This document shows positions 38,898 to 52,040 of a DNA stretch of 64,000 nucleotides, in pieces. The DNA is taken from the NCBI GenBank assembly GCA_951406725.2, contig OX597816.1, positions 57,598,001 to 57,662,000 of the forward strand. Reading direction: 5' to 3'. This stretch comes from Octopus vulgaris. Lineage: Eukaryota. Each line of letters opens with the position of its first letter. Positions within the stretch are counted from its first letter, which is position 1. A model generated the notes under the pieces. It was not told where the DNA came from and did no database searches. It worked only from the letters and a program-made list of their open reading frames with translations. Position numbers and translations under genes: made by a program.

Positions 38898-39354
38898 TTA
38901 AAAGTGTTGAATGTACTGTCAACAGTGATAGCAGTTATACAAAAGGACAGGATGGTCATGGTTGGAAAACCTTTGATCTACTCAATCAGGACTGAAATTA
39001 AGCTAAAAGTCACCCAATGTGATTTATCCCTTTCTCATTTTTATATTCTACTGAGCGCTCTTCTTTATAAAGACCCCTAATAACTGTAGCCTTTTGGAAC
39101 TACCCCAACCACTGTAATATTACCAATCTTGAAACCTTCATTTCTAAGAAAGTTCTGTGACTTAAGAATATTTGGATATTCATTTATGCCATAAGACTTG
39201 AATATCAGCCTTGTTGATTACAATATTATCAGTGGACTAATCACTGATAATGGCAGTAATAAAGCGGAAGTGTGTTTAACTTGTCACAGAACAATCATCT
39301 CAAAAGACTTTGTAAAACATTGATTTCTTTATTATCTTCTCGCTGATATATTAG

Positions 39355-39975
39355 CAGTGAGCTGGCAGAAATGTTAGTACGCCAGGCAAAACACTTAGTG
39401 TTATTACGGCTGTCTTTATGTTCTGAGTTCAAATTCCGCCAAGGTCGACTTTGCCTTTCATCCTTTTGAGGGTTGATAAATTAAGTGCCAGTTGCATACT
39501 GGGGTCAATCTAATCAACTAGCCCACTCTCCAAAGATTTTGGGCCTTGTGCCTAGAGTAGAAAAGGATATATATTGGCGGCAAGCTGGCAGAAACGTTAG
39601 CACGCCGGGCGAAATGCTTTGCGGTATTTCGTCTGCCGCTACGTTTTGAGTTCAAATTCCGCCGAGGTCAACTTTGCCTTTCGTTCTTTCGAGGTCGATT
39701 AAATAAGTAAGTACCAGTTACACACTGGGGTCACTGTAATCGACTTAATCCCTTTGTCCTTGTTTGTCTCCTCTATGTTTAGCCCCTTGTGGCTAGTAAA
39801 GAAATAGGTATTTCGTCTGCCGCTACGTTTTCAGTTCAAATTCCGCCGAGGTCGACTTTGCCTTTCATTCTTTCGGGGTCGATTAAATAAGTAAGTACCA
39901 GTTACACACTGGGGTCAATGTAATCGACTTAATCCTTTTGTCCTTGTTTGTCTCCTCTATGTTTAGCCCCCTGTG
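39355..39975 (+). mobile_element. SINE family A cluster (monomer plus dimer)
   Basis: Three gagttcaaattccgccgaggtcgactttgcctttc units. Confidence 0.8.
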
Positions 39976-40689
39976 GAGGTGTGTGTGTGTGCGTGCATGC
40001 ATCATACTCTTCATCATTTTGCATCTGCTTTCTATGTTGGCATGGGTTGGACGGTTCAACAACATTCAGTGGATGAGAGGACTGTATGCATCTTGCTCTC
40101 CATTGTCTCAGTTTTGACAAGACTTCTGTGATTGGAAACCATTCCTAGCAGCAACCTCTCAACAGGGAGGCTTACCTGGTTTCTTTCATGTATATATTCC
40201 TCCTTGGAGGGGACACTGGTCCATCAACAGATCCCTCACTTTTACCAGCTGAGTGGTAGGATAAGGTCAGCTTGGAATACACAGGCAAAAGAGCCTCCAC
40301 CACTAAATGAAAATAAAAAGGAGTATGGTGACTTTAGGTGCAGTGTTGGGGGGAGAAGTTACAATATAGTAGCCAGGGTGGAGATAGAATTGACTTATTG
40401 TTGTGGGAGGGTGGTGGTGGGGAGATTAGAGGAGTCGAGGAGGGAGAAGGACCAGAATGGTTTCTCAAAGTAACATACAGTGAATGCGAAGAGAATGTGG
40501 TGAAAGAAAGCCCTGGGAGAGTAAGTAGAGGTTGCAGGAGTTTAGTGGCTCCTTGCCTCACTGATATATCCTCATTTGGAAAGAGTAGCAGGAGGAGATG
40601 AAAACAAGAGGTGAAGGGATCATATGTGTATATGTGCCAGTGATGCATATCTGGCACCCATGCTGATGGAATGTAAAATGTACCCTTTG

Positions 40690-40990
40690 AACTTTAAGCC
40701 TCACAGAGGCAGTGACAAGTGACTGAGACCTTTGGTAATATACCGTGCTTAAGAAGACCTGTCAAGCCAAGTAAGATTGTAGTTGTGGCCGATGTCAGGG
40801 TTTCATAACTGGCACCCGTGCCAGTGGCATGTAAAAAGCACTCACTACACTCTTAGAGTGGTTGGCATAAGGAAGGGCGTCCAGCTGTAGAAATATTGCC
40901 AACTCAGACTGAAACCTGGTGCAGCTCCCTTGCTTACCAGTTCTCAGTGAAACCATCCATCCCATGCCAGCATGGAAAACGGACATCAAC
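40690..40990 (+). mobile_element. RTE-type LINE 3' fragment
   Basis: gtggttggcataaggaagggcgtccagctgtag..catgccagcatggaaaacggac. Confidence 0.7.
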
Positions 40991-41104
40991 CCCGAAATGA
41001 TGAAAGACAAAGTTGACCTCAGCAGAATTTGAACTCAGAACATAAGGACAGACGAAATGCCACACTAACAATTCTGCCAGCTCACTGCCCTGAACAACAA
41101 CAAC

Positions 41105-41150
<46 letters not shown>

Positions 41151-41159
41151 TAAATAAAA

Positions 41160-41714
41160 TGCCCTGATGCAGTACCAGGCAGTGGCTCTCATGGCTTCTG
41201 ATCTTAACTGATTGGAAGTGTTATCATGTACATTGTTTTGTCTTGGTATAAAAGATGGGCTACAGCAAATATTCTGCTCAATACCACAGATTTGCTTGTC
41301 AGTTGTTTGACCTTAACCAGTTGAGCATGTCCCTTAGTGGCTGACGATATGTGCATCTCTGATCACGAGCAGAAGTAGTGGAGGGGCATCATAGCCATGT
41401 GTTGAGAAGGATTCTTTGGGGTTTGAATAATTCACCTCTGGAAACATGGGTGTTTCGTTCAACGTCCTTAAACAACCCTTATTCAGGGACCTTTTGAGCG
41501 GGATGGGTTACTCGATCTGAAGAAAATTCTAACTGGGCTCCACCTGCAAGGTCATGTGCTGTTTATCTTGATATGAGATCACCATGTCGCGCACATATGG
41601 TTGTGATGCATGTGCCTGGTGTACCCTTATCAGACGGGTAGTAATGATGGGTATACTGGGCTTCGTATATTTTACCCCAGTGTCACTTTGATGGCATGCA
41701 CTGCTCGCTCACTC

Positions 41715-41749
<35 letters not shown>

Positions 41750-41750
41750 G
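41160..41750 (+). mobile_element. Probable non-LTR retroelement 3' tail inserted into (AAT)n
   Basis: Unique ~555-bp block with (AAT)n on both sides; family not identified. Confidence 0.45.
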
Positions 41751-42051
41751 TATGGAAACTTGTACATGCACAAAATTTATTTTATAGCTATATACAGCAT
41801 ATTACAATAACCTACATGTTTCCACTGCAGTGACTATTCACTGTTGCAGGTGGAGCTTTGCAACATTGGTGGTGCAGTTTCATCAGGGTCCATCTATTTG
41901 GTCTTCCTCAAACTGAATCAGTTGGAGTAAATTTTTGTTCCGCAATGTTCTGTTGGGAGGGGGGGAGACAGTGATGTTGTTATTTAGAGATTTATGATGC
42001 TGACCTTGAGTTCACCTCAGTTTTGCTGTCTCCAGTTGGGGTTTGGTCTTA

Positions 42052-42435
42052 AGGTGGCAAACTGGCAGAAAGGATAGCATGCCAGGCGAAATGCTCAGTG
42101 GTATTTCGTCTGGCATTACGTTCTGAGTTCAAATTCCGCCAAGGTCGACTTTGCCTTTCATCCTTTCGGGGTCGATTAAATAAGTACCAGTTACGCACTG
42201 GAGTCGATATAATTGACTTAATCCGGTTGTCTGTCCATGTTTGTCCTCTCTGTGTTTAGCCCCTTGTGGGTAGTAAAGAAATAGGTATTTCGTCTGCCAT
42301 TGCGTTCTGAGTTCAAATTCTGCCGAGGTTGACTTTGCTTTTCATCCTTTCGGGGTCAATTAAATAAGCACCAGTTAATCACTGGGGTGGATGTAATCGA
42401 CTTAATCCCCTTGCCTGTCCTTGTTTAGCCCCTTG
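42052..42435 (+). mobile_element. SINE family A (dimeric)
   Basis: Family A head and body repeated. Confidence 0.8.
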
Positions 42436-42734
42436 GCTAAAACAGGTCAAGGTTGGGGCTGTTGTTTTTGTAATGTTCTTTGTTTGTCTTGATTTCAATA
42501 TGATCAAAATAAATATGAGACATGCAAAATGGACTTTCAAACAATATGATTCTAGATAGTCAACACCCCGGTAAAATTTATGTCTAATATAAATGTAAAT
42601 AATAGTAATTAACACTAAGTGTTTAATTGGTATTTATGCGTATCCTACAACTGACCATAAAGCGCACCCACCCAAAACATAAATATACTCGTTATTTGAT
42701 TCCGAAGCAATTACCAAGTTATCTAATTAATACT

Positions 42735-43280
42735 CTTACTCTTTTACTTGTTTCAGTCATTTGACTGTGGCCATGCTGGAGCACCGCCTTTAGTCGAGCA
42801 AATCGACCCCAGGACTTATTCTTTGTAAGCCTAGTACATATTCTAACGGTCTCTTTTGCCAAACCACTAAGTTACGGGGACGTAAACACACCAGCATTGG
42901 TTGTCAAGCGATGTTGGGACAAACACAGACACACATACTTGTTCCTTGCTTGTTTTTTCTGTGTCCCTTTCTGTAGAAGAGCATGGGCTCGAAACATAAA
43001 AGACTTTTTCTATTCCTGAGCGTTATACTAATACATGTTTGTTTTGTACACCACCTGTCTTCGTCTTTTGTTTTTTTCGTAGACTCTCCCTATATATATA
43101 TATATATATATATATACGATGGGCTTCTTTCAGTTTCTGTCTACTAAATCCACTCACAAGGTTTTGGTTGGCCAAGGCTATAGTAGAAGACACTTGCCCA
43201 AGGTGTCACGCAGTGGGACTGAACCCGGAACCATGTGGTTGGTAAGCAAGCTACTTACCACACAGCCACTTCTGCACCTA
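42735..43280 (-). mobile_element. CORE-like SINE family B with a PLE-like insert (~42938-43090) in its microsatellite
   Basis: SINE halves flank a ~150-bp foreign block carrying an HHR-like motif. Confidence 0.75.
42963..43004 (+). ncRNA. Variant minimal hammerhead-like motif (CUGUAGA)
   Basis: CUUU-CUGUAGA-A-GAGC augg GCUC-GAAA-CA-UA-AAAG. Confidence 0.45.
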
Positions 43281-43574
43281 TACTTAATAGTTTTTTTGTT
43301 TTCTTTTTTACTTTCTGTTGCTGCTGGTGAATGTTCTCTGGTGGTCACAAATTTTCACTCATCTAATGAAGTTCCAGTGGAATTGTTTGTGCTGACCAAC
43401 ATATGGCCCTACCTAATTCGTCAAGGTTGTTTAGCTCCTTTTTATTTGTCTTTTTTTGCTTCTTCTTCTTCTTCACTTTTGTCTTTTTCTCCTCCTCCTC
43501 ATTCTTCCTCTCCTTCCTCTTCACTCCCCCTCCCCTACATCATCTCCATTCCCCCTTACTCATCCTATATTCTT

Positions 43575-43777
43575 TTACTCTCTTTACTCGTTTCAGTCAT
43601 TTGACTGCCGCCATGCTGGAGCACCGCCTTTGGTCGAGCAAATCGACTTATTCTTTGTAAGCCCGGTACTTATTCTATCGGTCTCTTTTGCCGAACCGCT
43701 AAGTGACGGGGACGTAAACACACCAGCACCGGTTGTCAAGCAATGCTACAGGGACAAACACAGACACACAAACATAT

Positions 43778-43808
<31 letters not shown>

Positions 43809-43965
43809 CGACAGGCTTCTTTCAGTTTCCGTCTACCAAATCCACTCACAAGGCTTTGGTCAGCCCGAGGCTATAGCAGAAGACACTTGCCCAAGATGCC
43901 ACGCAGTGGGACTGAACCCGGAACCATGTGGTTGGTTAGCAAGCTACTTACCACACAGCCACTCC
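43575..43965 (-). mobile_element. CORE-like SINE family B
   Basis: Reverse complement of family B. Confidence 0.88.
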
Positions 43966-44066
43966 TCCACATTTTTACTTATTTTTTTTGTTTCCTCCCG
44001 ATATAATCCAAAAAAAGGGACTGCAAGACACGTAATGTCACAGCACACCTTTGCACGTCTGGTGAA

Positions 44067-44262
44067 GTGCTTTTCTCATGTCTGAAACCACAAGCATTAC
44101 ATAAATATTCACTTCAAATTTTTGCATAAACTAGCGTTGCAAATAGAAATGCTACAGAAACAATGTGCTTTTCTCATGTCTGAAACCACAAGCATTACGT
44201 AAATATTCACTTCAAATTTTTGCATAAACTAGCGTTGCAAATAGAAATGCTACAGAAACAAT
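44067..44262. repeat. ~97-bp tandem duplication
   Basis: gtgcttttctcatgtctgaaaccacaagc...gctacagaaacaat occurs twice. Confidence 0.85.
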
Positions 44263-44324
44263 TGTAACGGATCATTAGAGACTTGTTAAGAAATTTTCTT
44301 TTCTCTTTTTATATTTGAATTTAT

Positions 44325-44958
44325 CAGGGGCATAACCAGCCCACCTGTCCATACCTTTTCCTTCTTTGAACACTAAACTGCTTGCGAAGACCTGTTGAGG
44401 CAAGTGAAATCAAAATCAAAATCAAAGTAAAATTTGATGACGGGCACGAGCACCATACAAGCGTGATTGTTGCCAGAGCGGCTAACCAGCTTCCGTGCCA
44501 GTGGCACATAAAAGACACCATTCGAGTGTGATCGTTACCAGCTTCGCCTTACTGGCACTTGTGCCCCATGCTAGTTGGGTGCTAAGAGCACCATCCAAGC
44601 GTGATCGTTGCTAGAGCAGCTAACTGGCTTCCGTGCCGGTGGCATGTAGGAGGCACCATTCAAGTGGGATCGTACCAGCATCGCCTTACTGGCACCTGTG
44701 CCGTTAGCATGTGTAAAAAATTTGAGCGAGGTCGTTGCCAGTACCGCCTGACTGACCCCCATGCCTGGTGGCACGTAAAAGCACTCACTACACTCTCAGA
44801 GTGGTTGGCATTAGGAAGGGCATCCAGCTGTAGAAACTCTGCCAGATCAAGACTGGAGCCTGGTGCAGCCATCTGGTTCGCCAGTCCACAGTCAAACCAT
44901 CCAACCCATGCTAGCATAGAAAGCGGACGTTAAATGATGATGATGATGATGATGATGA
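44325..44958 (+). mobile_element. RTE-type LINE 3' UTR with (GAT)n tail
   Basis: Family motifs and tail. Confidence 0.8.
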
Positions 44959-45085
44959 TATATACTAGCAGTATAACCTGGCTTTGCCCAGGATTAAATT
45001 AGGATTATTAAGCTAATCAAGTTCTTTATTTCAAACCAAACTAGGTAACATCAACGTCAAATTTGGGTGAAATCCGTTGAAATTG

Positions 45086-45123
<38 letters not shown>

Positions 45124-45269
45124 AAAATGAGGGTGAAAAAATTGTATATTAATTTAGTAACATCACGTTCATAGTGTGCTAAGTTTTTCTTGAGAACAAT
45201 TTTTAGTGGTTGAGACTCATGCAGATCTCTCTTTAGCGTAAGGACATCCAGTTTAGTGGATTCTCTCTC

Positions 45270-45300
<31 letters not shown>

Positions 45301-45488
45301 CGTTTAAATATTTGTTGTGCAAGATTTTTTATGTGAAGTAAGTGAGAAGAAAACAGGAGTGTGACGAAAGAACTTTGGCCGAAATAAGATTAAGATTAAT
45401 GTAAAAAATAAATATCACTGAAGCAAAATAACACCAAATATATAGTGCGTGTGTTTTTATTGGCTAAACTGGCAATATGACCATTCCG

Positions 45489-45539
<51 letters not shown>

Positions 45540-45955
45540 GCAACACATACGCACACGTACATACGTACACCTATTGCATACATGTTTTTTGTACGCATAC
45601 ATGTTCGTCTGTGTGTTGCCCGTATATCAACAAAACACTTTTTTCCTCGATGGAAAAAAAGCAACAAAAGTCTTAACAAAAACTTACTCATCGCTAGAAG
45701 GGAACTTAACTCCTGTTTGCAAACAATGGTGATTTCTCTGACTTGAAAATTGTTAAAAGTTTTGGTTGAAAATTAATTTTTACTGCTATTTGCTGGTGCC
45801 TCTGGGGAAAAATAAGTTGATGAAAATACAGCTAGGATCATAACGAATGTCCTCCTAAAATTGGAGCGACATGTGTGCTAATTTGTGGACGTACATAAAT
45901 TACATTCACGTACACACACACACACACACACATCCTGCCTTTTATATGTACAGAT

Positions 45956-46312
45956 ACACTGGGTTATCCCATAAATAATGCAGTTTTTTATACTTCTTCT
46001 ATTTTTCAAAATTAAGATAAAGTTCTTTTGTAATCTAAAATATACTCTCCTTCATTTCCTACAATACTCTTCCATCTATCTTGTAGACTTGCAAGGCCCC
46101 TCTTCCAATGTTCACTTGTCTGTGGTGAAAGAATACTCCTCCAGTACTGTTCTGACCTCGTCTACAAAATTCACATTTTTTCTGTCCAAATGATTTGGAA
46201 GACTGCAGAATAACTGATAATCAGATGGGATAATGTCCAGAAAATATGGTGGGTGGGGTATTGTTTCCTATTCAAACTGCTCCAGCCTTCGGAATGTCAT
46301 CCTCGCTGTATG
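45956..46312 (-). pseudogene. Mariner transposase C-terminal remnant and terminus
   Basis: Minus-strand ETIPHPPYFLDIIPSDYQLF (HPPYSPDLAPSDY motif). Confidence 0.7.
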
Positions 46313-46924
46313 AAGTAGCATGAAACAATTGTACTACTCTACCTCGGATATACTTGTTGCTTATTTTGTTTATAATCACCCCTTTTGATTTACATGGATA
46401 ATACCATACAAAATTCTGGTGCCTTTGACTTAATTACCATATCCATCTGAATCTAAATTTTGCTGATCTTATATATATATATATATATATATAATAGTGT
46501 ATGAATCATACACAAAGAGAAAACCACAAAAGAATATTCTTACATTAAAGTACATTGATTTGCATGCAAGCAAGACATTTGATTGATTGATTGATTCTAG
46601 TTTCAGCTCACGAGCTGTGGCCATGCTGGGGCACCGCCATTTGAGTGAATAAAATATAGTAAACCTTATATGTATAAGTTTTGCTATTGTCAACCAAATA
46701 AATCAACTAATAAGATAATCAATTGACTATTTAATCATCCATAGCGCATCAGTGAGGTTGTTAATTAAATGCATAAACATAAAACTACAATACATACAAA
46801 ACACACAAAGTAAAACCCATACACACTCAGTTCCATGTTTATACATTGTGGATTCACCTGAGAATGCCCTCAAAACAACCTTACTAATGAGTTACGGATG
46901 ATTAAATAATCAATGAATTATCTT

Positions 46925-47272
46925 AGATGCCAGCGCCGCCTCGACTGGCTTCAGTGCCGGTGGCACATAAAAAGCACCATCCGAACGTGGCCGATGCCAG
47001 CGCTGCCGTGGCTGGCTTCCGTGCCGGTGGCACGTTAAAAGCACCAACCGATCGTGGCCGATGCCAGACTCCCCTGGCACCTGTGCAGGTGGCACGTAAA
47101 AAGCACCCACTACACCCGCAAAGTGGTTGGCGTTAGGAAGGGCATCCAGCTGTAGAAACACTGCCAGATCAGACTGGAGCCTGGTGCAGCCCCTGGCTTC
47201 CCAGACCCCGGTCGAACCGTCCAACCCGTGCTAGCGCGGAAAACAGACGTTAAACGATGATGATGATGATGA
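46925..47272 (+). mobile_element. RTE-type LINE 3' UTR
   Basis: Family motifs and (GAT)n tail. Confidence 0.82.
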
Positions 47273-47531
47273 TTTATTTGGTCAGTAATAGCCTTGCTCA
47301 CGTACAAATCAACGCTCTTTAATGTAAGAATATTCTTTCGTGGGTTTAGGCTTTGACTGCCATTTTTAGCATGTAAGAAATCCACATGGTGGTTTTCTCT
47401 TCGCTTATGTTTCATAATTTAAAAATATTCATGCCTTCTGACTCTTATTACACATGACAGCTACTGGGAAATAATTATTTATACCCTTATATTTACATAC
47501 AAGAACTAAAGAACGGAACGGATAAAATCCA

Positions 47532-47615
47532 GGCTACATATGTTTCATAGAGAGCGGAACCTCAGAAGTGGTAAATATCCGTGCAAGGTGTATACCACAG
47601 GCTATTCATCAGGCC
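47532..47615 (-). ncRNA. Type I hammerhead ribozyme, canonical core
   Basis: Minus strand GGC-CUGAUGA-AUAG..CUAU-GAAA-CAUAUG-UA-GCC; palindromic stem III ACAUAUGU; GUA triplet. Confidence 0.8.
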
Positions 47616-47978
47616 AAGGGTTTCTTGATGAAATGAAGTTAGGAAGCACATGTTAACCTACAGAAGATTCTATCAGAATGCATAGAGACCACAGTTTGAG
47701 TGGAGAATATAATTGTGAAAATAAATTAGGAATATAAGAAAGAAAATTAAAAGAACAAAAAAATATACATATATAGGAGAGTTACAAAGAGTTTAAGCAA
47801 GGTCATTTCACAGGTGGCTTTCAGTGTGGCCATTTGAAAGAGAAGTATTTGAATAGGATAGTGTGCCAGGAAGCAGGTAGTGTTTGTGGTCAAGAGGAAG
47901 AAAAATGTATGCTTGAAGAAATGGTATTGTAGTAAAACTGAAAGGAGGAAGAATGGGAGTAAATACTAAATTCTAAGA

Positions 47979-48179
47979 CAGTGGTTTTCAACCAGGGTTC
48001 CGCCAGTACAGTCCAGGGGTTCCGCAAGAAGTTACAAAACTGCTACAATCGGCAGTAATTTTTAATTCTCCTGTGCAGATATGTGTGCATAAGACTATTA
48101 AATTATTGCACAGGGGTTTCTTGAGCCGGTGGAATGTTTCCTTGGGGTTCCGCTCCAGCAAAAAGGTTGAAAAGCACTG
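47979..48179. mobile_element. hAT MITE
   Basis: TIR cagtggttttcaacc / ggttgaaaagcactg; 8-bp TSD ttctaaga / atctaaga. Confidence 0.85.
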
Positions 48180-48613
48180 ATCTAAGAATTAAGGAATGTA
48201 TGTTATTCAGCATACATGTGGGTACTATATGAATTAGTAGAGGTGTATGTAGGCATATATACTTGTAAGTTTTCATGGGGTTGTGGAAAAAGGCAGATTA
48301 AGAGAAATTTTAGGATATAAAGGGTAAGCGAAGATAAAAGTAGGTATTAAATAAGAAATAAGGGGTTTATATGGAATATATTGGCAGTTAAGGAATTAGT
48401 GTTTGTGATGGTAAATAAAGGGAAATGTCTATGAGGACGGGGGGGGGGATTAGGGAATGATGAAGGGGATGGGGGTCTTTGAATTTTTAGAATAGGTTGC
48501 GTAATCTGTGTCTGCATGTAAAAATTATGCTATCACGTTCATTGAGACAATCAGTGAATCGCATAATAGATAAGACTTTGGCTATGCAAAGATCACGTTT
48601 GTTATAGCCAGTA

Positions 48614-49085
48614 TATTAGGTTATCCAGAAAGTTCTTTTAACACTTCATTGAACACACCTGAAATGTAACACAGGTAAAACTTTGGCATTGCTTGAAGTG
48701 GTAGTGCACCTTTCCTTTGTTTCTGACTAGAAATAGATTTATCTTTCTTTCCAGTTACCCTTTATTAACATTTGAAATGGACAACCAAAAATTTCATCTT
48801 CACAATGTAGCGCTTTTCTTTTGTAAAAAAAAGGAGAAAATGTCGCAAAGACTTGTGAAAACATTTGTGAAGTGTATGGTGTTGATGATGCTGTAGGTGA
48901 ATCAACTGTTCGAAGGTGGTTTGCAAAATTTAAAACTGGAGAGTTTAGCTTGGAAGATGACAGTCGCAGTGGAAGACCTTCAAAATTGGATGATATTTTG
49001 AAGGCAAAATTTGAAGAAAACTCAAATATCACGACTAGAGAACTTGCTGAGGAGTTGGAAATTTCTAGAAGTATGGCTCATAGCT
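48614..49085 (+). pseudogene. Mariner 5' end and N-terminal transposase remnant
   Basis: TA-ttaggttatccagaaag terminus; VYGVDDAVGESTVRRWFAKFKTGEFSLEDDSRSGRPS..TTRELAEEL. Confidence 0.85.
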
Positions 49086-49150
49086 TCAAAACCAGTCAAA
49101 TATTTAAATTGCCTAATAGATGCACAAAGGTCATTACTAATGATTCTAAA

Positions 49151-49783
49151 GACACGAGCTGAAAGTGAGGGAAATGAACAAAAAAGATTTTTTAAAAAGG
49201 TTTAACCATCGATCAATAGATTTCTAGTTCAGGGGTAGAACTTCCTTTTACCATCATCAGTATGATGTAACGTACATAATTACACTTTTTTCTGCAAAAT
49301 AGGGGTAGCTTATCCTGTTCAACTATATTATTAGCATTATCCTGCGTTTGAGAATATAAAATAATTTCTTTAACTTTCTAAGACATCTCAACGCATCTAA
49401 AGCAAACTTCGTTTGTTTGTTTACTTTTATCGTAATTTGAACATAATTATAAACATTTATACCTCACGAACACAAACGTGTGCATCTACAAATGTTCATA
49501 TTTATATAGACAGTTTAAATCTAGATCGTTCATCTCAGCCACATGTGAATAACCAAAATATTCACGTGGCTGAGATGAACGCTCCAGATTTAAACTGTCT
49601 ATATAAATATGCACTGGGGATATGTTTGTGTTCTTGTGGTATGTATAAATGTTTATAATTATGTACATCACATCATACTGATGGTAAAGCAAGTTCTGTC
49701 CCTGAACTAGAAATCTATTGATCTATGGCTAAACCTTTTTAAAAAATCTTTTTTGTTCATTTACCTTGCTTTCAGCCCATGTC
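49151..49783. repeat. Diverged foldback element with an extra ~155 bp in the left arm
   Basis: ~49151-49283 pairs with ~49655-49783; ~49439-49550 pairs with ~49560-49665. Confidence 0.75.
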
Positions 49784-49916
49784 TATGTGATAAACAATGT
49801 AGTTTTGAGTCATTTGACATCTAGCATGTGGCACTACCATATAATTTTGTGCTTATAATTTTTATTAAAAAACTATATCCTCTGTGTGTATGTGTATATA
49901 TATATAATATATTTTT

Positions 49917-49946
<30 letters not shown>

Positions 49947-49949
<3 letters not shown>

Positions 49950-50318
49950 GTGCAGGAGTGGCTGTGTGGTAAGTAGCTTGCTTACCAACCATATGGTTCC
50001 GGGTTCAGTTCCACTGTGTGGCACCTTGGGCAAGTGTCTTCTACTATAGCCTCGAGCCGACCAAAGCCTTGTGAGTGGATTTGGTAGACGGAAACTGAAA
50101 GAAGCCCGTGCGTGTGTGTCTGTGTTTGTCCTACTAGCATTGCTTGACAACCAATGCTGGTGTGTTTACGTCCCCGTCACTTAGCGGTTCAGCAAAAGAG
50201 ACCGATAGAATAAGTACTGGGCTTACAAAGAATAAGTCCCAGGGTCGATTTGCTTGACTAAAAGTGGTGCTCCAGCATGGCCGCAGTCAAATGACTGAAA
50301 CAAGTAAAAGAAAAGAGT
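49947..50318 (+). mobile_element. CORE-like SINE family B
   Basis: Full head-to-tail match to family B. Confidence 0.88.
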
Positions 50319-50454
50319 ATATATATCATCACCATCAGAGAGACAGACAGACATCACTAAAGTGATAGAGGATACCCTCTTTCAGTTTAGTAATGTCTGT
50401 AAGTTTTCCTGTAGGTCATTAAATTGCTAATAAGTCACCCATATTATTTATATA

Positions 50455-50800
50455 TCATCATCATCGTTTAACGTCCATTTTCCATGTTAGCATGGATTGG
50501 ACGGTTCAACTGTGGACTGGAAGCCAAGAGGCTGCACCAGGCTCCAATCTGATCTGGCAGTGTTTCTACAGCCGGATGCCCTTCCTAACGTCAGCCACTC
50601 CAAGAGTGTAGTGGGTGCTATTTACGTGCCACTGGCACAGGGGCCAGAGGGGGCTGGCATCGGACATGTTTGGATGGTACTTTTTCGGTGCCACCAGCAT
50701 GGGAGCCAGTCAAGGCGCCACTGGCATCAGCCATGTTCGGATGGTGCTCTTTTTGTGCCACTGACTCAGGAGCCAGTCAGGGCATATACATGTGTGTGTA

Positions 50801-50831
<31 letters not shown>

Positions 50832-51590
50832 ATGCATGTGTACATATGCACATATATATAGTTTTCTCTTATTTTATATCTATTAGAAGTCTTCCTATAA
50901 GCCAAAAGCTGGAATTTTGATAAATTTTTATAACAAAAATAATTGTTACATGTTGAATTTTAGAAATGGCTTGCTTATTTTTACTGCTCAGTTCATGGTA
51001 GCCAGTCTTTTTATCATCATCATTGTCGTTTAATGTCCGTTTTCCATGCTAGCATGGGTTGGACAGTTTGACTGGGGTCTGGGAAGCCAGGAGGCTGCAC
51101 CAGGCTCCAGTCTGATCTGGCAGTGTTTCTACAGCTGGATGCACTTCCTAACTTTTTACATGCCACCGGCGCTTGGACCAGAGGTGCTGGCATCGACCAC
51201 TATCGGATGGTACTTTTTACGTGCCACCGGCATGAAAGCCAGTCAAAGTGGCACTGGCATCGGCCACATTCGGATGGTGCTTTTTACGTGCTACTGGCAC
51301 GGAGGTCATCATCATCATCATCATCATTTAACGTCTGCTTTCCATGAGTTGGACGATTTGACTGAGGACTGGCAAACCAGATGGCTGCACCAGGCCCCAA
51401 TCAGATCTGGCAGAGTTTCTACAGCTGGATGCCCTTCCTAACTCCTACCACTCCGAGCGTAGTGGGTGCTTTTTATGTACCACCGGCACAGGAGCCAGAG
51501 GAGCTGGCATCGGCCACGTTCGGATGGTGCTTTTTACATGCCACTGGCACGGGGGTCACAACTACAATTTCCATTTGATTTGATTTTGAT
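50455..51590 (-). mobile_element. Three RTE-type 3' UTR fragments (~50455-50785, ~51013-51305, ~51306-51590)
   Basis: Each begins with (CAT)n and contains ctggatgc.cttcctaac. Confidence 0.8.
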
Positions 51591-51829
51591 ATTGCTGTTG
51601 GTCTGAAAATCCCAACTTTTCCAGATTGTCACTTGGGCATTTACTAAAAAAAACCAAATGCACCAGTTATTGCTATAGACAAGAATTTAGAATCAAAGAA
51701 AAGTGGGCTGTAAGTTTGAAAACAGTTGTCCATAAATATGCATCTTGTTAATTTTGGAAGAGATATTCACATCTGAAAGGCAACTGACCTCTATGACACC
51801 ACTTGACTTTTCTTTTCTTTCTCAAATAA

Positions 51830-52040
51830 CTATGACATCTCTGGTAGAAGTTTGGATGTGAACATTCCACAATTATTCTTTGATATGTATGTATTGCATA
51901 GTAGAGATGTTTTTTATGTTCATCTTGGGGCAGTCTTGTCTGCAGATGGTATGGCATATTGCTTTGGCAACAATGTCATATAACAGTGCAAGGCTGTACC
52001 TTGATGACATATTTGCACAGCTGCTGACTAATAAGAAATG
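51830..52040 (+). pseudogene. Possible very old Chapaev3-like transposase remnant
   Basis: Frameshifted pieces KFGC..YVLHS..LGAV..ATM..QG..ADY resemble GCNMS.K.H.LHSH..NLGAVSDEHGERFHQDI.TME.RYQG..LADY. Confidence 0.35.

Larger units (their letters stand above)
47450..48612 (-). mobile_element. 3' end of a second Naiad-type Penelope-like element
   Basis: Minus-strand NKRDLCIAKVLSIMRFTDCLNERDSIIFTCRHRLRNLF* matches the C.LC..EK..LN.R.E..CRH tail; downstream HHR at 47532-47615. Confidence 0.65.
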
